Both the position numbers and the translations under genes were made by a program. Below are positions 1 to 11,892 of a DNA stretch of 64,000 nucleotides, piece by piece. Position 1 is the first letter of the stretch. Each line of letters begins with the position of its first letter. This DNA is from Chiloscyllium plagiosum. Lineage: Eukaryota. The notes under the pieces were generated by a model. That model saw nothing but the letters and a program-made list of their open reading frames with translations, made no database searches and was not told the origin of the DNA. The DNA lies in the NCBI RefSeq assembly GCF_004010195.1, contig NC_057719.1, positions 80,453,868 to 80,517,867 on the forward strand. The letters are read 5' to 3'.

Positions 1-290
1 CTCACCTTCAACAACACCACACCCTCAGCCTCACCAACACCTCACCCTCACCTTCACTTCATCCTCACCCTCACCAACACCTCACCCTCACCAACATCTC
101 ACCCTCACCTCACCCCATCTCACCTCACTCTCACCTCACCCTCATCTCACCCTCACCTCACCTCACCTTCACCAACATCTCACCCTCACCTTCACCAACA
201 CCTCACCTCACCCTCACCCTCGCCAACACCTTACCTCACCTGACCAACACCATCAATACCACACTAACACCTCACCTCACCTCACCTCAA
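1..290. repeat. Low-complexity CCTCA/CCCTCA tandem repeat, truncated by the window start
   Basis: Degenerate reiteration of cctcacc/ccctca/ccaacac, with almost no G on the + strand. Confidence 0.9.
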
Positions 291-639
291 TCACTTATTG
301 TTGCTTTTCCCATCTTGCAATTTGGGTCCTTACCCACTTGGCACCTCACCCACCTGGCACACTGAGAGCTCACAGGGAGTCAAAGGCTGAGGAGTATGGT
401 TATCCTGGGCTTGGACTTGGTTTTTATCTGTCTTCTACTTCCTGGTTAACTATCCTGGTAAGTGAGTTGGAACCCTCTGAGGTTTATTGCACTAACTTGG
501 AGTTAGAAACCTTTCTGGAGGATTCCAGATGCAGGGTAGTTGCTGATCGGAAAATAAGTCTTTCCAAAGTCATTGAATTGGAACATCTGAGAAATTCCAG
601 CATGTATTTTGTTGCTCATTATTTGGAGGATCCGGGTTG

Positions 640-795
640 TTATCTGATTATTTATCTTATTGCTGCACGTATGACTTAAAATGGCTTCTACATTACAAGA
701 ATGACTACATATCAAAAATACTTCACTGACTATAAAGCATCTTAGTATCCTGAAATCCTGAAATGTCCTGCAGAAATGGAATTTATTGCTTTCAT
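640..795 (+). mobile_element. 3' tail fragment of a Deu-domain (SacSINE1-like) SINE
   Basis: ctacattacaagaatgactacatatcaaaaatacttcactgactataaagc resembles the tail of the copy at 3098-3488. Confidence 0.55.
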
Positions 796-1147
796 TCAAA
801 CAGTCATCCAAGATAATTCCAAACTGGTTTCAGTGTTAATCTTGGTTCCTCAAAGGCTTTATGGTAAGGAATGTTTAAAATTATATTTCTGACAATAAAC
901 ACACTAAAACTGAAATAATTCAATTTAAATCGTAAACACACTGTTGCGAGGCAAGTTTTTGCAGCAATATTCCCATCCATGGTCATACACATCTCCCAGG
1001 GGCCTTTAACTAGAGTTTTTCTTTATTGTGAACATTGAGACTATATATCTATCCATGACTGAATAGGTTCAGCCTGCGCCCATACCATAGCTATGAGAGC
1101 GTTCCAGCAGCACTCTCGGCAATTAATGCACAATTCCCCCCAAAAAA

Positions 1148-1461
1148 ACACAGTGATTCAGTGGTTAGCACTGCTGCCTCACAACACCAGGGACGTAGGT
1201 TCGATTCTAGCCTAGGGTGGCTGACTGTGTGGAGTTTGCACATTCTCCCCTTGTCTGCTCCAGTTTCCTCCCACAGTCCAAGGATTGGCCATGCTAAATC
1301 ACCCATCATGTGTCAGGATGTGTAGGTTAGGTGCATTAGCCATGGGAAAGGCACAGTTACAAGGATAGAGTAAGGGAGTGGGTCTAGGTGGGATGCTCTT
1401 TGGAGGGTTGGTGTCAACTTGCTGGGCTGAATGGCCAGTTTCCACACTGTGAGGATTCCAT
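1148..1461 (+). mobile_element. HE1-type V-SINE (tRNA-derived head, CR1-like tail)
   Basis: A-box-like cagtggttagca, B-box ggttcgattc, V-domain ctgtgtggagtttgcacattctcccc, tail gggctgaatggcc...ccacactgt. Confidence 0.9.
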
Positions 1462-1514
1462 AAAACAATAAATAAAAGTAATTTGGTTTACAAAATTTGA
1501 GTATTGCTATAAAA

Positions 1515-1935
1515 AAAAACATATTTTGTTGATGCTTTTCATCTTATACTCACCAGGCCAATTGGTATGAAGTACTAGTGTCAAAGGAAAACAGCATTTA
1601 TATTATATGAGAGGGTAGTGCTGATTGGCTACCAAGTAGACTCTGATTGGTATAGGCATTACTTTGAAGAATGCACCAGATAAAAGTGACTGACAGTTAA
1701 CTGCCAAACTCTGTTTAAATGTTAAAGCAGGCAATTTGAACCTGATTGGTTCGAGCATTGTCCTGAGAAATGAACCAGAGAATGGCTGTCACTTACTTTA
1801 TTCAGCTGAAACAGTCACAATGTGTGTACATGTTATCTCTATCTGCAAACTACAGAGCCCTGCGTATTAATGTATAAAGCTTCTCGTACAGACCTGTGTG
1901 CCACACTCTGAGCCCAACTGACAAACTTAAGTTGT
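1515..1935 (-). mobile_element. Penelope-like element (Poseidon/Penelope-type) 3' fragment: end of the GIY-YIG domain plus terminal repeat
   Basis: Minus strand 1934-1803 reads QLKFVSWAQSVAHRSVREALYINTQGSVVCR*R*HVHTL*LFQL, resembling the PLE endonuclease C-terminus (LEAxYI...PxLCRQKE). A decayed CTGGTGA...GAAA motif lies near 1530-1556. Confidence 0.65.
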
Positions 1936-2800
1936 GTCTTTTCTCAAAATAATGCTTTATAGTGCCTACTTCTCAGAGTCCATAGAAAATATAATCAGGA
2001 TATTCTGATTATTATGCTTGCCCTATTTATTAGATGATGCAATCTCCTCAATTGCTCTTAAAATGCTTTGCCTTAACTTGGCCCATCTGCTTTCCTGTCT
2101 GATGCCAACCTATGGAATGGTTTTGCTGTCACTTCTCACATCCTCTCATAAAGTGCCCTGAAACTGGCACCTCTAACAGGAAAGTGACAGAATGAAAATC
2201 CTGCTCTCTCCTTGATCTAACTCAATTCTATCCCTGCTGAAGCTCCCACTTTCGCAACCTGCATCAGCTATATTCCTCCAACTTGTTTTAGCCCGCTCTG
2301 CTATTTGACCTAAACCATAGAAATGAGGCAGGGAATCAACTACTTGCAAAATATAACTAAGTTCCAGGAAATTGTTTGAGCCTGCAATCCATCTGAAGAT
2401 TCCAGTGCCATGGAAACCATGGTTTAAGATCTCAGGGGATTACAATGTCTTAACACAGGCCCATTTGCAGTCATTTTTGAGTGATTTCAAAGAATAAAGA
2501 ACTCTTATTTCTGTGAGTCTTTTCTATTATTCTAGTTTGTTTACAGCTACTCATGTGTTTTAACTGCGATAAAATACACTTACATCGTTAAAGTTGGGGA
2601 AATGTTCAGAGAAAATAAGAAGTTCTGAGGGACAATTATCTTCGAACTGAGATGAAATGTTGAATAAACCCTCGCAATTAACTGAATCTGAGTCAAATGT
2701 ACCCTGTAATACAGGTGCTTCGCAAATGTAGCTCTCCCTGTCATAGCTGATAAGTTCTTAAGATATCATTAGGTTTCTCTCTAACCTTCTATTTTCTAGC

Positions 2801-2866
2801 TGCGCTTTTCCAGCAACACATTTTCAGCTCTGATCTCCAGCATCTGCAGTCCTCACTTTCTCCTCT
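2801..2866 (+). mobile_element. Short PLE terminal-repeat insertion with 14-bp TSD
   Basis: tgcgcttttccagcaacacattttcagctctgatctccagcatctgcagtcctcactttctcc, flanked by ttctattttctagc at 2787-2800 and 2867-2880. Confidence 0.9.
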
Positions 2867-3097
2867 TTCTATTTTCTAGCCCCCACCTCCCGTCTTCCAG
2901 GATGCATTCCTGAAATCTATGAATAAATCAATAGTATGCAATACTGCACATCAATCCTCTGATCACAACTTCTATTTCAGGTCAGTTGTGATATGTTGAC
3001 TAGTCAGTAGTGGCATTGGTCCTGGATAGATTCTGAAAAGACCATGTGAATGTGATGATTATCTGGTCAGGTAATCCTATCCCTTTAGGTGTGAGAC

Positions 3098-3488
3098 GGG
3101 CCTCAATTGGTTACGATCTCATCTCAAAATCAGAAGGCTGTAATGCCAGGCATCTAAGCAGAAAATCTAGGTTGACATCTCAGGGCAGTACTGGAGGGAT
3201 GCTACACTATTGCAGATAACATCTTTCTGAGAGAAGGTTCCTCTGGCTCTCTCAGAATTTCAATGCCCTTTGTTTAAAGATCGCCGTCTTGCTAACACTC
3301 TTGCCAACACCTGAACTTCAATCCACACCACTAAACTCCTGATTAATATCACATTTTGGCTTGTAGGCACTTGCTGTGAGCATTACAACAGTAACTAGAG
3401 TTCAAGAGCACTTCATTGATTGAAAAATGCTTTGCCATACTCTGAGATCTTAAAAGGCTTCATCGAAATGTAAGACCTTGCTTTGTTT
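3098..3488 (+). mobile_element. Deu-domain SINE (SacSINE1-like), decayed
   Basis: Blocks tcagaaggctgt, aaaatctaggttgaca, gcagtactggaggga, cattacaacagtaactagagttcaagagcacttcattg and aaatgtaag occur in the order of the DeuSINE consensus. Confidence 0.75.
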
Positions 3489-3760
3489 CTTCACCTCACT
3501 TTTTAGGCATGCTGTATGGGCATGTAGACTAAAATTAACCCAATAATAATCTAATAGATTGGCAACTGCTTGCACATTCTTGCCCTATTTTTCAGGATCA
3601 GTGAGTGACAGGGCAGCAGACTGCTTTATCAATTGCATTGTAATTATAATTATCCTTTCACATTTCAATTTTTTTGTTTCTTTTTGCTGCAAAGAGGCAC
3701 TTAATTTTTAACAGGTTTATAAAAGTGGTGTATCTCCAGTTCCTGTCTTACAGAGATGTC

Positions 3761-3930
3761 TGGTGGGGGGGGGGAGGCGGCAGGGGAGTGAGGACTGCAG
3801 ATGCTGGAGATCAGAGTCGAGAGTGTGGTGCTGGAAAAGCACAGCAGGTCAGGCAGCATCTGGGGAGCAGGAGAATCGACATTTCGGGCATAGGGATTAT
3901 GCCCGGCTTTTCCAGCACCATACTCTTGAT
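3761..3930 (-). mobile_element. PLE terminal-repeat insertion with short inverted segment and 13-bp TSD
   Basis: gtgaggactgcagatgctggagatcagag...gaatcgacatttcgggcata followed by inverted gcttttccagcacca; TSD ttacagagatgtc at 3748-3760 and 3931-3943. Confidence 0.88.
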
Positions 3931-4071
3931 TTACAGAGATGTCAGTCATGAAAATTACATATAAGTATTATACTGTGTAGAGTATTGGTCACCTTACTTT
4001 CGGAAGGATGTAAATTTGCTAGAAACAGTTCCCAGAAAGTTTGCTCCCTTAACACCTAGAATGGGATATTG

Positions 4072-4432
4072 TCTTTTTTTATTCATTCACAGGATGAGGG
4101 TGTCACAGGCTAGGCCAACATGTATTGCCAATGCCTAATTACCAGAGGGCATTTGAGACTCAACCATCTTGTTGTGGGTCTGGAGTCACATGTAGATCAG
4201 ACCAAGTAAGGATGGCAGTATCCTTTCCTCAAGGGCATTACTAAACCACATGGATGTATCCTGACAATTGGCAATGGTTTCATGGTCATCACCAGGCTCT
4301 TAATTCCAGATTTTTTTATTGAATTCAAATTCCATCATCTGCTGTGGCAGGATTTGAACTGGGTCGCTAGAACATTATCTGGGGTCTCACTATTAACAAT
4401 CCAGGGGTAATACCACCACATCATTGCCTCCC
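4072..4432 (-). mobile_element. tRNA-derived SINE (second family, tail shared with a CR1-group LINE)
   Basis: Reverse complement of the copies at 11365-11932 and 40236-40552 (gggtctggagtcacatgtag, catggtcatc, gaattcaaattccatcatctgc). Confidence 0.8.
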
Positions 4433-4437
4433 TTCTA

Positions 4438-4695
4438 ATCATAGAATCCCTACAGTGTGGAAGCAGTCCATTTGGCCCATTAAGTCCACCCAACCCTCTG
4501 AAGACTATCCCACCCTGTAACCCTGCATTTCTCATGGCTAATCCACCTGACTTGCATACCTTTGGCAGGAAACCAGAGCAGCCAAATGAGACCCATGCAG
4601 ACACGGGGAGAACATGCAAACTCCACACAGACAGGCACACAAGGGGAGAAATGAATCCAGGTCCGTGGTGCTATCCACTGAGCCACCGTGCCACC
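4438..4695 (-). mobile_element. HE1-type V-SINE
   Basis: atagaatccctacagtgtggaa...gcagacacggggagaacatgcaaactccacacagac...ccactgagccaccgtgcc. Confidence 0.9.
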
Positions 4696-5227
4696 TTAAT
4701 AACAAACAGTTGGATAAGTGAAGCTAGTGAGTCTAAATGAGTAAAAGGATACTTCATCGACATATTTAAAATCCTCAAGGTTCTTGACAGGATCAACATA
4801 GAAAGGATGTTGCCTCTTGTGGGAGAATCTCGAACTAGGGGTTCACTGTTTGAAAACAAAGGATGACTCATTTAAGACCAAGAGTCCTTTTCTCACAGAA
4901 GGTGCTGAGTCTTTGGAACTCTCTTCCAAACCTGCTGTGCCTTTCCAGGGTTTTCTGTTTTTATCAGCCCAGATGTTCCAATGGCCGGAGGATTGTTGCA
5001 GCAGCGAAGACTGGAGTTTTGCACTGGAGGCATGAAGAAATCCCCGAGTAACTAAACTCCAGGGAATACTCGTGGCATTGAAAACTCTGCCGGACAGTTT
5101 CCCCTTCATCCACAACCTTCTGCGAAACTCCCCTTAAAGTCTGAGATTTTACACCGTTCTGACTCATTAGAAGCTTCAGAGATTTACAACAAGGATTTTT
5201 ACAACAATCTGGCACATTATACATAAC

Positions 5228-5335
5228 ATAAAAAACAGTATGTTCGAGAAGAAAAATTCTCAGCAAGTTTAGCAGCATCTGTTGAAAAAGAAATGGAGTA
5301 AACGTTTTGAGTTTGAAATGATTTTTCTTCAGATT
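5228..5335 (-). mobile_element. Old PLE-type terminal fragment
   Basis: ctcagcaagtttagcagcatctgttgaaaaagaaatggagtaaacgttttgag...ttcttcaga is a diverged version of the PLE terminal repeat. Confidence 0.55.
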
Positions 5336-5827
5336 GTTATACCTGGCAGATTTTTCCATTGCGGGCTCCCAGCTTGTCTTGTCTTATTGGCACTGGGTGG
5401 GCAAACGTATCACTTCAGATAACTTATTAATTGACCAGCATCCTTCCATGACTGATAACAACTCATGGATTTCAGTGCTGGAGACAGGGAGCATAATCCA
5501 TTCTGTTTCCAGTCTCTTTCCTTTAATTACTTCGTTTTGATGAAATCAGAAAGAGTTGATCACTATTTTCCATATGTGCTTCAGTCGAACCCCTGGATAG
5601 TAATTTATACCTGCCTCAGGGCCAGAAATATACTGCTGCCAATCACGTTAACTCCATGCTTATTAAAATCAGAAGACTAAGTCCACAACTTAGGCTCAAC
5701 GCTGATGCAGAAGATTGAATATATACATTAAGGATTTCTCCTTTTTTATTCTTGTATTTGGTTGCAGTCAATAAGAGGTTCAAGGATTCATGGGTTGATT
5801 CATAGACCGACGTGAATAGTCCTCCCA

Positions 5828-6474
5828 TGTTTGATGATGCTGTTCCTTTAAAAAGGTTATGCTGTCCTTGGCTTTTTTTTTCCCCCAGAGAGGGCGTAAA
5901 AGCAGTGATTTCTGAAAAGTCTAGGTTTGAAGGGTTTTAGCTAACAGATACTGCCTCAAACAAAAGGCTTTCAAGTTAAAAAAGACACTTGTACAATGAA
6001 AGGAGAGTGGCCAGTTCTCCCAGCTCAGCTTTTCTCTGGTTTGGTTTGGTTTTTAGCAGCCAGGCTGTTCACTGAACGCAGTCTGGCAGTTTGGGACTGC
6101 TGGTTCAAGGAACAGCTACATGGAAGAAGGTGTTCCATGCTGAATCTCTCTGCCATCTCTCTTTCATGTAAGACCCGGTGTTCGATTTTAATTTTTTTAT
6201 AGGAATTGTTGCAGGAATTTGGAACAGCATCACTAAGTTGGGATAGTCTGTTGGGTTTTCGGATAGGTTAGGTTATTCTGTATTCGGTTCCCATTTGTTT
6301 GTGATTCATTTGGTAATATTTCAAACGAATTCTGTTTTGTTTAAAACTAAGCGTTTGGGTCACCTGCATCACTCCTGAAATATCCACATGTACACCTGCT
6401 TAAAACAACTAGCAAAGTTAGGTCTGGGCTACTTTCTTGAAATGTTTTGAGGGGGTCTGGCCTGGTCCATAACA
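5828..6474. mobile_element. Probable solo LTR
   Basis: About 650 bp segment starting TG and ending ...ggtccataaCA, with LTR-like composition; the 4-bp TSD is only imperfect (tgtt/tgtg). Confidence 0.6.
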
Positions 6475-6492
6475 TGTGCCTGCAGCCCTCCT

Positions 6493-7010
6493 AGAATCAT
6501 ATGGAATAGAAACAGACTCTTCGATCCAACTCATCCGCGCCGACCAGACGTCCCAATCCAATTTAGTCCCATTTGCCTAAACCCTTCCTATTCATGTACC
6601 CATCCAGATGCCTTTTAAATGTTGCAATTGTACCAGCCTCCACCACTTCCTCTGGCAGCTCATTCCATCCATGTGCCACCCTCTGCATGAAATTGTTTCC
6701 CCTTAGATCCCTTTTAAATCTTTTGCCTCTCACCTTAAGTCTATGCCTACTAATCTTGGACTCTCCCACCTTCGGAAAAAGACCTTGACTATTCATCCTA
6801 TCAATGCCCCTCATGATTTTATAAACCTCTACAAGGTCACCCCTCAGCCTCCGATGCTCCAGGGAAAACAGCCCCGGCCTATTCAACCTCTCCCTATAGC
6901 TCAAATCCTCCAACCCTGGCAACATCCTTATAAATCTTTTCTGCACCCTTTCAAGTTTCACAACATCCTTCTTATAGCAGGGAGACCAGAATGGAACACA
7001 GTATTCTAAT
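6493..7010 (-). mobile_element. CR1/HER1-type LINE 3' end
   Basis: ORF 6563-6961 LERVQKRFIRMLPGLEDLSYRERL...RRLRGDL..YKIMRG is the CR1 ORF2 C-terminus. Confidence 0.95.
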
Positions 7011-7637
7011 TCTTCTTATTAATTAACAAGGTCGAGTGGATGGCTTAGTCCTTTATGGCATTAATGTTTCTCATAAAACACATGCACTGAGTGTTAATCC
7101 AAGATTCAGAGTTGGAATCCCTATCTCCAGTCAGGAAGGCTTATTTGAAACGAAGTTTGAAATTTACACATTTTCGCTCAGGGACTAAAACGCTATCATC
7201 AACCTTGGTTCCAGAATGACCCTCACTGGTTTATCAGTGATCTGCCACCTTGGGAACGTGACAAATGGGTGTTATTCCTAGGCCAAAAGCAATAAGCAAA
7301 ATTTCCAGACAGAATAGGAATTTCTAGGTAGTGATGAATATATGCTTATTATAGACTGCATGTCTGCTAAAGTAACTGGCACCTTTAATTGTGAACTATC
7401 GGACAGTTTGGAAGGAGCTGACCTTTTACATTGACCAATCTCAGTTTTTCCGGGATGATTCACCCTGCCCAATTAACACCCTGTCAGAATCCTGACATTC
7501 ATTATCATCGTGGTGGCTGTTGAATTACATTGATTCCCAGTCTGAAAACGTCTTAATTTTGAAACCTTTACTTTCATTGTCAAATCAAGCCATGGTCTCA
7601 GCCCTCCTTATCTTTGCAATATCCTTCAACTCTTTTA

Positions 7638-9702
7638 TTAGAACATAGAACATAGAACATTACAGTGCAGTACAGGCCCTTCAGCTGTAGATGTTGCACC
7701 AACCTGTGGAACACATCTGAAGCCTATCTGTCCTACACTGTTCCATTATGATACATATGCCTATCCAATGGCCATTTAAATGCCCTTAAAGTTGGAAAGT
7801 CTACTACTCTTGTGACAGGGCGTTCCACGCCCTTACTACTCTCCGAGTAAAGAACCTACCTCTGACACCAGTCCTATATCTATCACCCCTCAATTTAAAG
7901 TTAATCCCCTCATGCTAGCCATCACTATCTGAGGAAGAAGGCTCTCACTGCCTACCATATTTAGTCTCTAATCATCTTATATGTCTCATTTAAGTAATCT
8001 CTCAACCTTCTTTTCATGAAAACAGCCTCAAGTCCCTCAGCCTTTCTTCATAAGACCTTCCTTCCATACCAAGCAACATCCCAGTAAATTTCCTTTGCAC
8101 CCTTTCCAAAGCTTCCACATCCTTCCTGTAATGTGGTGACCAGAACTGTACGCACTAGAGTTTTGTACAGCTGCAACATGACTCCTGGCTGCAAAACTAA
8201 ATCCTTCTACCAATAAAAGCTAACACACCATATGCCTTCTTAACAACCCTATCAACCTGGGTAGCAATTTTCAGGGATCTATGTACATGGACACTGAGAT
8301 CCCTCTGCTCATACACACTACCAAAAATCTTACCATTAGCCCAGAACTCCGTATTCCTGTTACTCCTTCCAAAGTGAATCACCTCACACTTTTCCGCATT
8401 AAACTCCATTTGCCACCTCTCAGCCCAGCTCTGCAGCTTATCCATGTCCCTCTGTAATCTGCAATATCCTTCTGCACTATCCATAACTCCAGCGACTTTA
8501 ATGTCATCCTTCTATGCCCTCATCCAGGTCATTTATAAAAATGACAAACAGCAGTGGCCCCATAAACAGATCTTTGCGGTACACCACTAGTAAGTGAACT
8601 CTAGGATGAAAATTTCCTATCAGTCACCACCCTCTGTCTTCTTACAGCTAGCCAATTTCTGATCCAAACCGGCTAAATCACCCTCAATCCCATGCCTCTG
8701 TATTTTCTGCAATAGCCTACTGTGAGGAACCCCATAAATGCGATACTGAAATCCATATACACCACATCAACTGCTTTACCTGTTTGGTCACCTTCTTGAA
8801 GAACTCAATTAGGTTTGTGAGGCATGACCTACAATTCATAAAACCATGTTGACTATCCCAAATCAACTTATTCCTTTCTAGGTGATTATAAATCCTATCT
8901 CTTATAACCTTTTCCAACGCTTGACCCACAACTGAAGGAATGCTCACTGATCTATATTTGCCAGGGTTGTCTCTACTCCCCTTCTTGAACAAAGGGACAT
9001 TTGCTAGTTCCAGTCTTCTGGCACTATTTCTGTAGACAATTATGACATAAAGATCAAAGCTAAAGGCTCTGCAATCTCTTCCCTAGCTTCCCAGAGAATT
9101 TATCCTTCCCTAGGATAAATCCCATCTGGCCCAGAGGACTTATCTATTTGCACACTTTCCAGAATTGCTAACACCTCCTGCGTATGAACCTCGATCCCGT
9201 CTAGTCTAATAGCCTGTATCCCAGCATTCTCCTCGACAACATTGTCTTTTTCCTGTGTGAATACTGACGAAAAATATTCATTTTATTCTTCTCTTATCTC
9301 TTTGGACTCCACGCACAACTTCCCACTACTGCCCTTGACTGGCCCTAATCTTACTCTAGTCATTTTTTTATTCCTGATATAACTAAAGAAAGCTTTAGGG
9401 TTTTCCTTGATCCTGTCTGCCAATGACTACTCATGTCTCCTCCTGGCTCTTCTTAGCTCTCTCTTTAGGTCTTTCCTGCCTTCAAATCTCATCCTAACAT
9501 AAGCCTTCTTTTTCCTCTTGACAAGAGATTCACCTCCTTTAATAAACCATTGCTCCCTCGCTCGATGACTTCCTCCCTGCCTGACAGGTACATAATTATC
9601 AAGGAGCCGCAGTAGCTGTTCCTTGAATAAGCTCTACATTTCTGTTGTGCCCATTCCCTGCAGTTCTCTTCCCCATTCCTGTGCATTCTAAATCTTGCCT
9701 AA
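7638..9702 (-). mobile_element. 5'-truncated CR1 LINE (about 2 kb, RT region, frameshifted)
   Basis: ORF pieces FKKGSRDNPGKYR...SQHGF...SCLTNLIEFF and WAERWQMEFNAEKCEVIHFG; (tagaaca)n tail at 7638-7660. Confidence 0.95.
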
Positions 9703-9840
9703 TGAGCCTCATTCCTGATGAAGGGCTTATGCCCGAAACGTCAGTTCTCCTGCTCCTCGGATGCTGCCTGACCTGCTGTGCTTTTCCAGCAACACACTCT
9801 TCGACTCTGATCTCCAGCACCTACAGTCTTCACTTTCTCC
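9703..9840 (+). mobile_element. PLE terminal repeat at the truncation point of the CR1
   Basis: cattcctgatgaagggcttatgcccgaaacgtc...cagtcttcactttctcc. Confidence 0.9.
9711..9746 (+). ncRNA. Minimal hammerhead ribozyme motif (PLE-associated)
   Basis: CTGATGA 9715-9721, stem II gggc-ttat-gccc, GAAA 9735-9738, CGTC; stem I is poorly paired in this copy. Confidence 0.65.
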
Positions 9841-10242
9841 CTATGTCATCTACGTGTTCATTAAACTCTATCTGTACATCCACTGTGGCAGCTAATCTTC
9901 TGTGGAAGTTAAACTCACAATTGTTTTAATTTTAGAGCAGCTAAATGAGTTCCTGAGGGATTGTGTCCAGCAATGTCCTTCATTCTCCAGCAGGCACCAC
10001 ACTCCAACTGACTTTCTGGATTGTTCTGCCTCTCTCTGTATAGTATTGGACCCCAGTCATTCAGCAACAATAAAATGTTTTTCTCTTATCTTGTTTAAGG
10101 CATGGCCAGGGTTTTTAAAACTTCATTAAAATACATGCAAACAAGACAGACCCCTGGGATTACTGGCATTGACTCAGAAGAGCACTCAAGCATCCATCAA
10201 ATCCATAGGCAGAATTTCCCCAACCTCTAAACAATGCAAAGC

Positions 10243-10815
10243 TATAGAGTCATAGAATCATACAGTACGGAAACAGATCCTTTGGTCTAACTTGTCCATG
10301 CCGACCAGATATCCTAAATTAATTGAGTCCCATTTGCCAGCACTTGGCCCATATCCTTCTGAACCCTTCCTGTTCATATACCCATCCAGATGCCTTTTAA
10401 ATGTTGCAATTGTACCAGCCTCCACCACATCGTCTGGCAGCTCATTCCATACACGCACCACCCTCTGCAAGAAAAGGTGCCCCTTAGGTCCCTTTTATAT
10501 CTTTCCCCTCTCACCTTAAACCTATGCCCTCTAGTTCTGGACTCCCCTACAAGAGGAAAAGACCTTGTCTATTTATTCTATCCGTGCCCCTCATGATTTT
10601 ATAAACCTCTATGAAGTTACCCCTCAGCCTCCGCGCTCCAGGGAAAACAGCCCCTGCCTATTCAGCCTCTCCCTATAGCTCAACCCCTCCAACCCTGGCA
10701 ACATCTTGTCAATCTTTTCTGAACCCGTTCAAGTTTCACTGCATTTTACTAAAGCTGGGAGACCACAGAGTTGAATGCAGTATTCCAAAAGTGGCCTCAC
10801 CAATGGCCTGTACAG
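10243..10815 (-). mobile_element. CR1/HER1-type LINE 3' end
   Basis: QRVVRVWNELPDDVVEAGTIATFKRHLDGYM; tail (catagagt)n. Confidence 0.95.
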
Positions 10816-11698
10816 CTGAGAAATTTGGGAGAATTGTGTGAGATTGGCAGTGAGGGGTTTCCTATCATCGGATCTTATTTTCTGAAAAGAAAAGCAGTGA
10901 GATTCTTGTTTGTAAGTAGTGAGAGGACTGTTTGCATGTATTAGAATGCTTGTTGCTATGCCATACCGTCACATTAATGTATAGCATCCCATTCATGCAC
11001 CCACAGGATAGGAACTGGATAGCGACAATTCCTGACGTGGGACTCAGAGCAGTCAGCTGGCAGTTCCACTGTGCCCCTTGCTCCTCCAGACCCCTGTCAG
11101 CTTCTCATGGCATGTTACATGGGCAGTGACTGCACACACTTCCACTCAGGCCATCTAAGTCCCCAGCAAAGGCAGTGTGAGTAAATTAAATGAAACCTGC
11201 AAGGCGCATGCAGATGGCTACTGCTGGAAACCGTCGAGAACTGGTCAGCTTGGGACAGGTCTTGGACAAATGTCAGGTTAGGCTTTTAGGTTAATTTTCA
11301 ACAGCATTTATTAATAGACTGTTCATAATGGTAAGGTTACAGTGTATCGCTCATCCTATCTTGGGAAGAGCATGGCCTAGTGGTATTATCACTCATCTAT
11401 TAGTCCAAAATCTCAGCTAATGTCCTGGGGACTTAGGTTCAAATCCTGCCATGGCAGATGGTAGCATTTGATTTCAAGAAAGAGTCTGGATTTAAAGGTC
11501 TAATCATGACCATGAAACTGTTGGTGATTGTTGGAAAAGCCCGTCTAAATACTCGAATGTCCTTTAGGAAAGGAAATCTGCCATCTGTACCTGGTCTGGC
11601 CTACATGTGGCTCCAGACCCACAGTAATGTGGTTGACTCTTAATTGCCATCTGGGGGCAATTAGGGATGGGCAATAAATGCTGGCCTAGCCAGAGACA

Positions 11699-11892
11699 AG
11701 AGCTGAAAATGTGTTACTGGAAAAGCGCAGCAGGTCAGGCAGCATCCAAGGAACAGGAGAAACATTCCTGAAGAAGGGCTTATGCCCGAAACGTCGATTC
11801 TCCTGCTCCTTTGATGCTGCCTGACCTGCTGCGCTTTTCCAGCAACACATTTTCAGTTCTGATCTTCAGCATCTGCAGTCCTCACTTTCTCC
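11699..11892 (+). mobile_element. PLE fold-back insertion with 12-14 bp TSD
   Basis: Inverted arms at about 11699-11760 and 11799-11860; TSD (cc)tagccagagaca at 11685-11698 and 11891-11904. Confidence 0.92.
11764..11799 (+). ncRNA. Minimal hammerhead ribozyme motif (PLE-associated)
   Basis: attc-CTGAAGA(11768-11774)-a-gggc ttat gccc-GAAA(11788-11791)-CGTC-gatt; palindromic ACGU at helix III. Confidence 0.72.

Larger units (their letters stand above)
3960..4925 (+). mobile_element. Decayed CR1 LINE 3' fragment split by two SINEs
   Basis: YCV.YWSPYFRKDV-like sequence at 3970-4070 continues at 4700-4925 (FKILKVLDRIN, cgaactaggggttcac, ttttctcacagaagg). Confidence 0.7.

Noticed and set aside
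338..679. 113-aa ORF
   Set aside because: Non-ATG start, no recognisable domain, and it runs into a SINE tail.
1148..1215. tRNA gene
   Set aside because: A and B boxes are present but continue into a V-SINE body, and no full cloverleaf is evident.
4950..5120. Possible exon after ttttctgtttttatcag
   Set aside because: All frames stop within about 30 codons and the peptides are unrecognisable.
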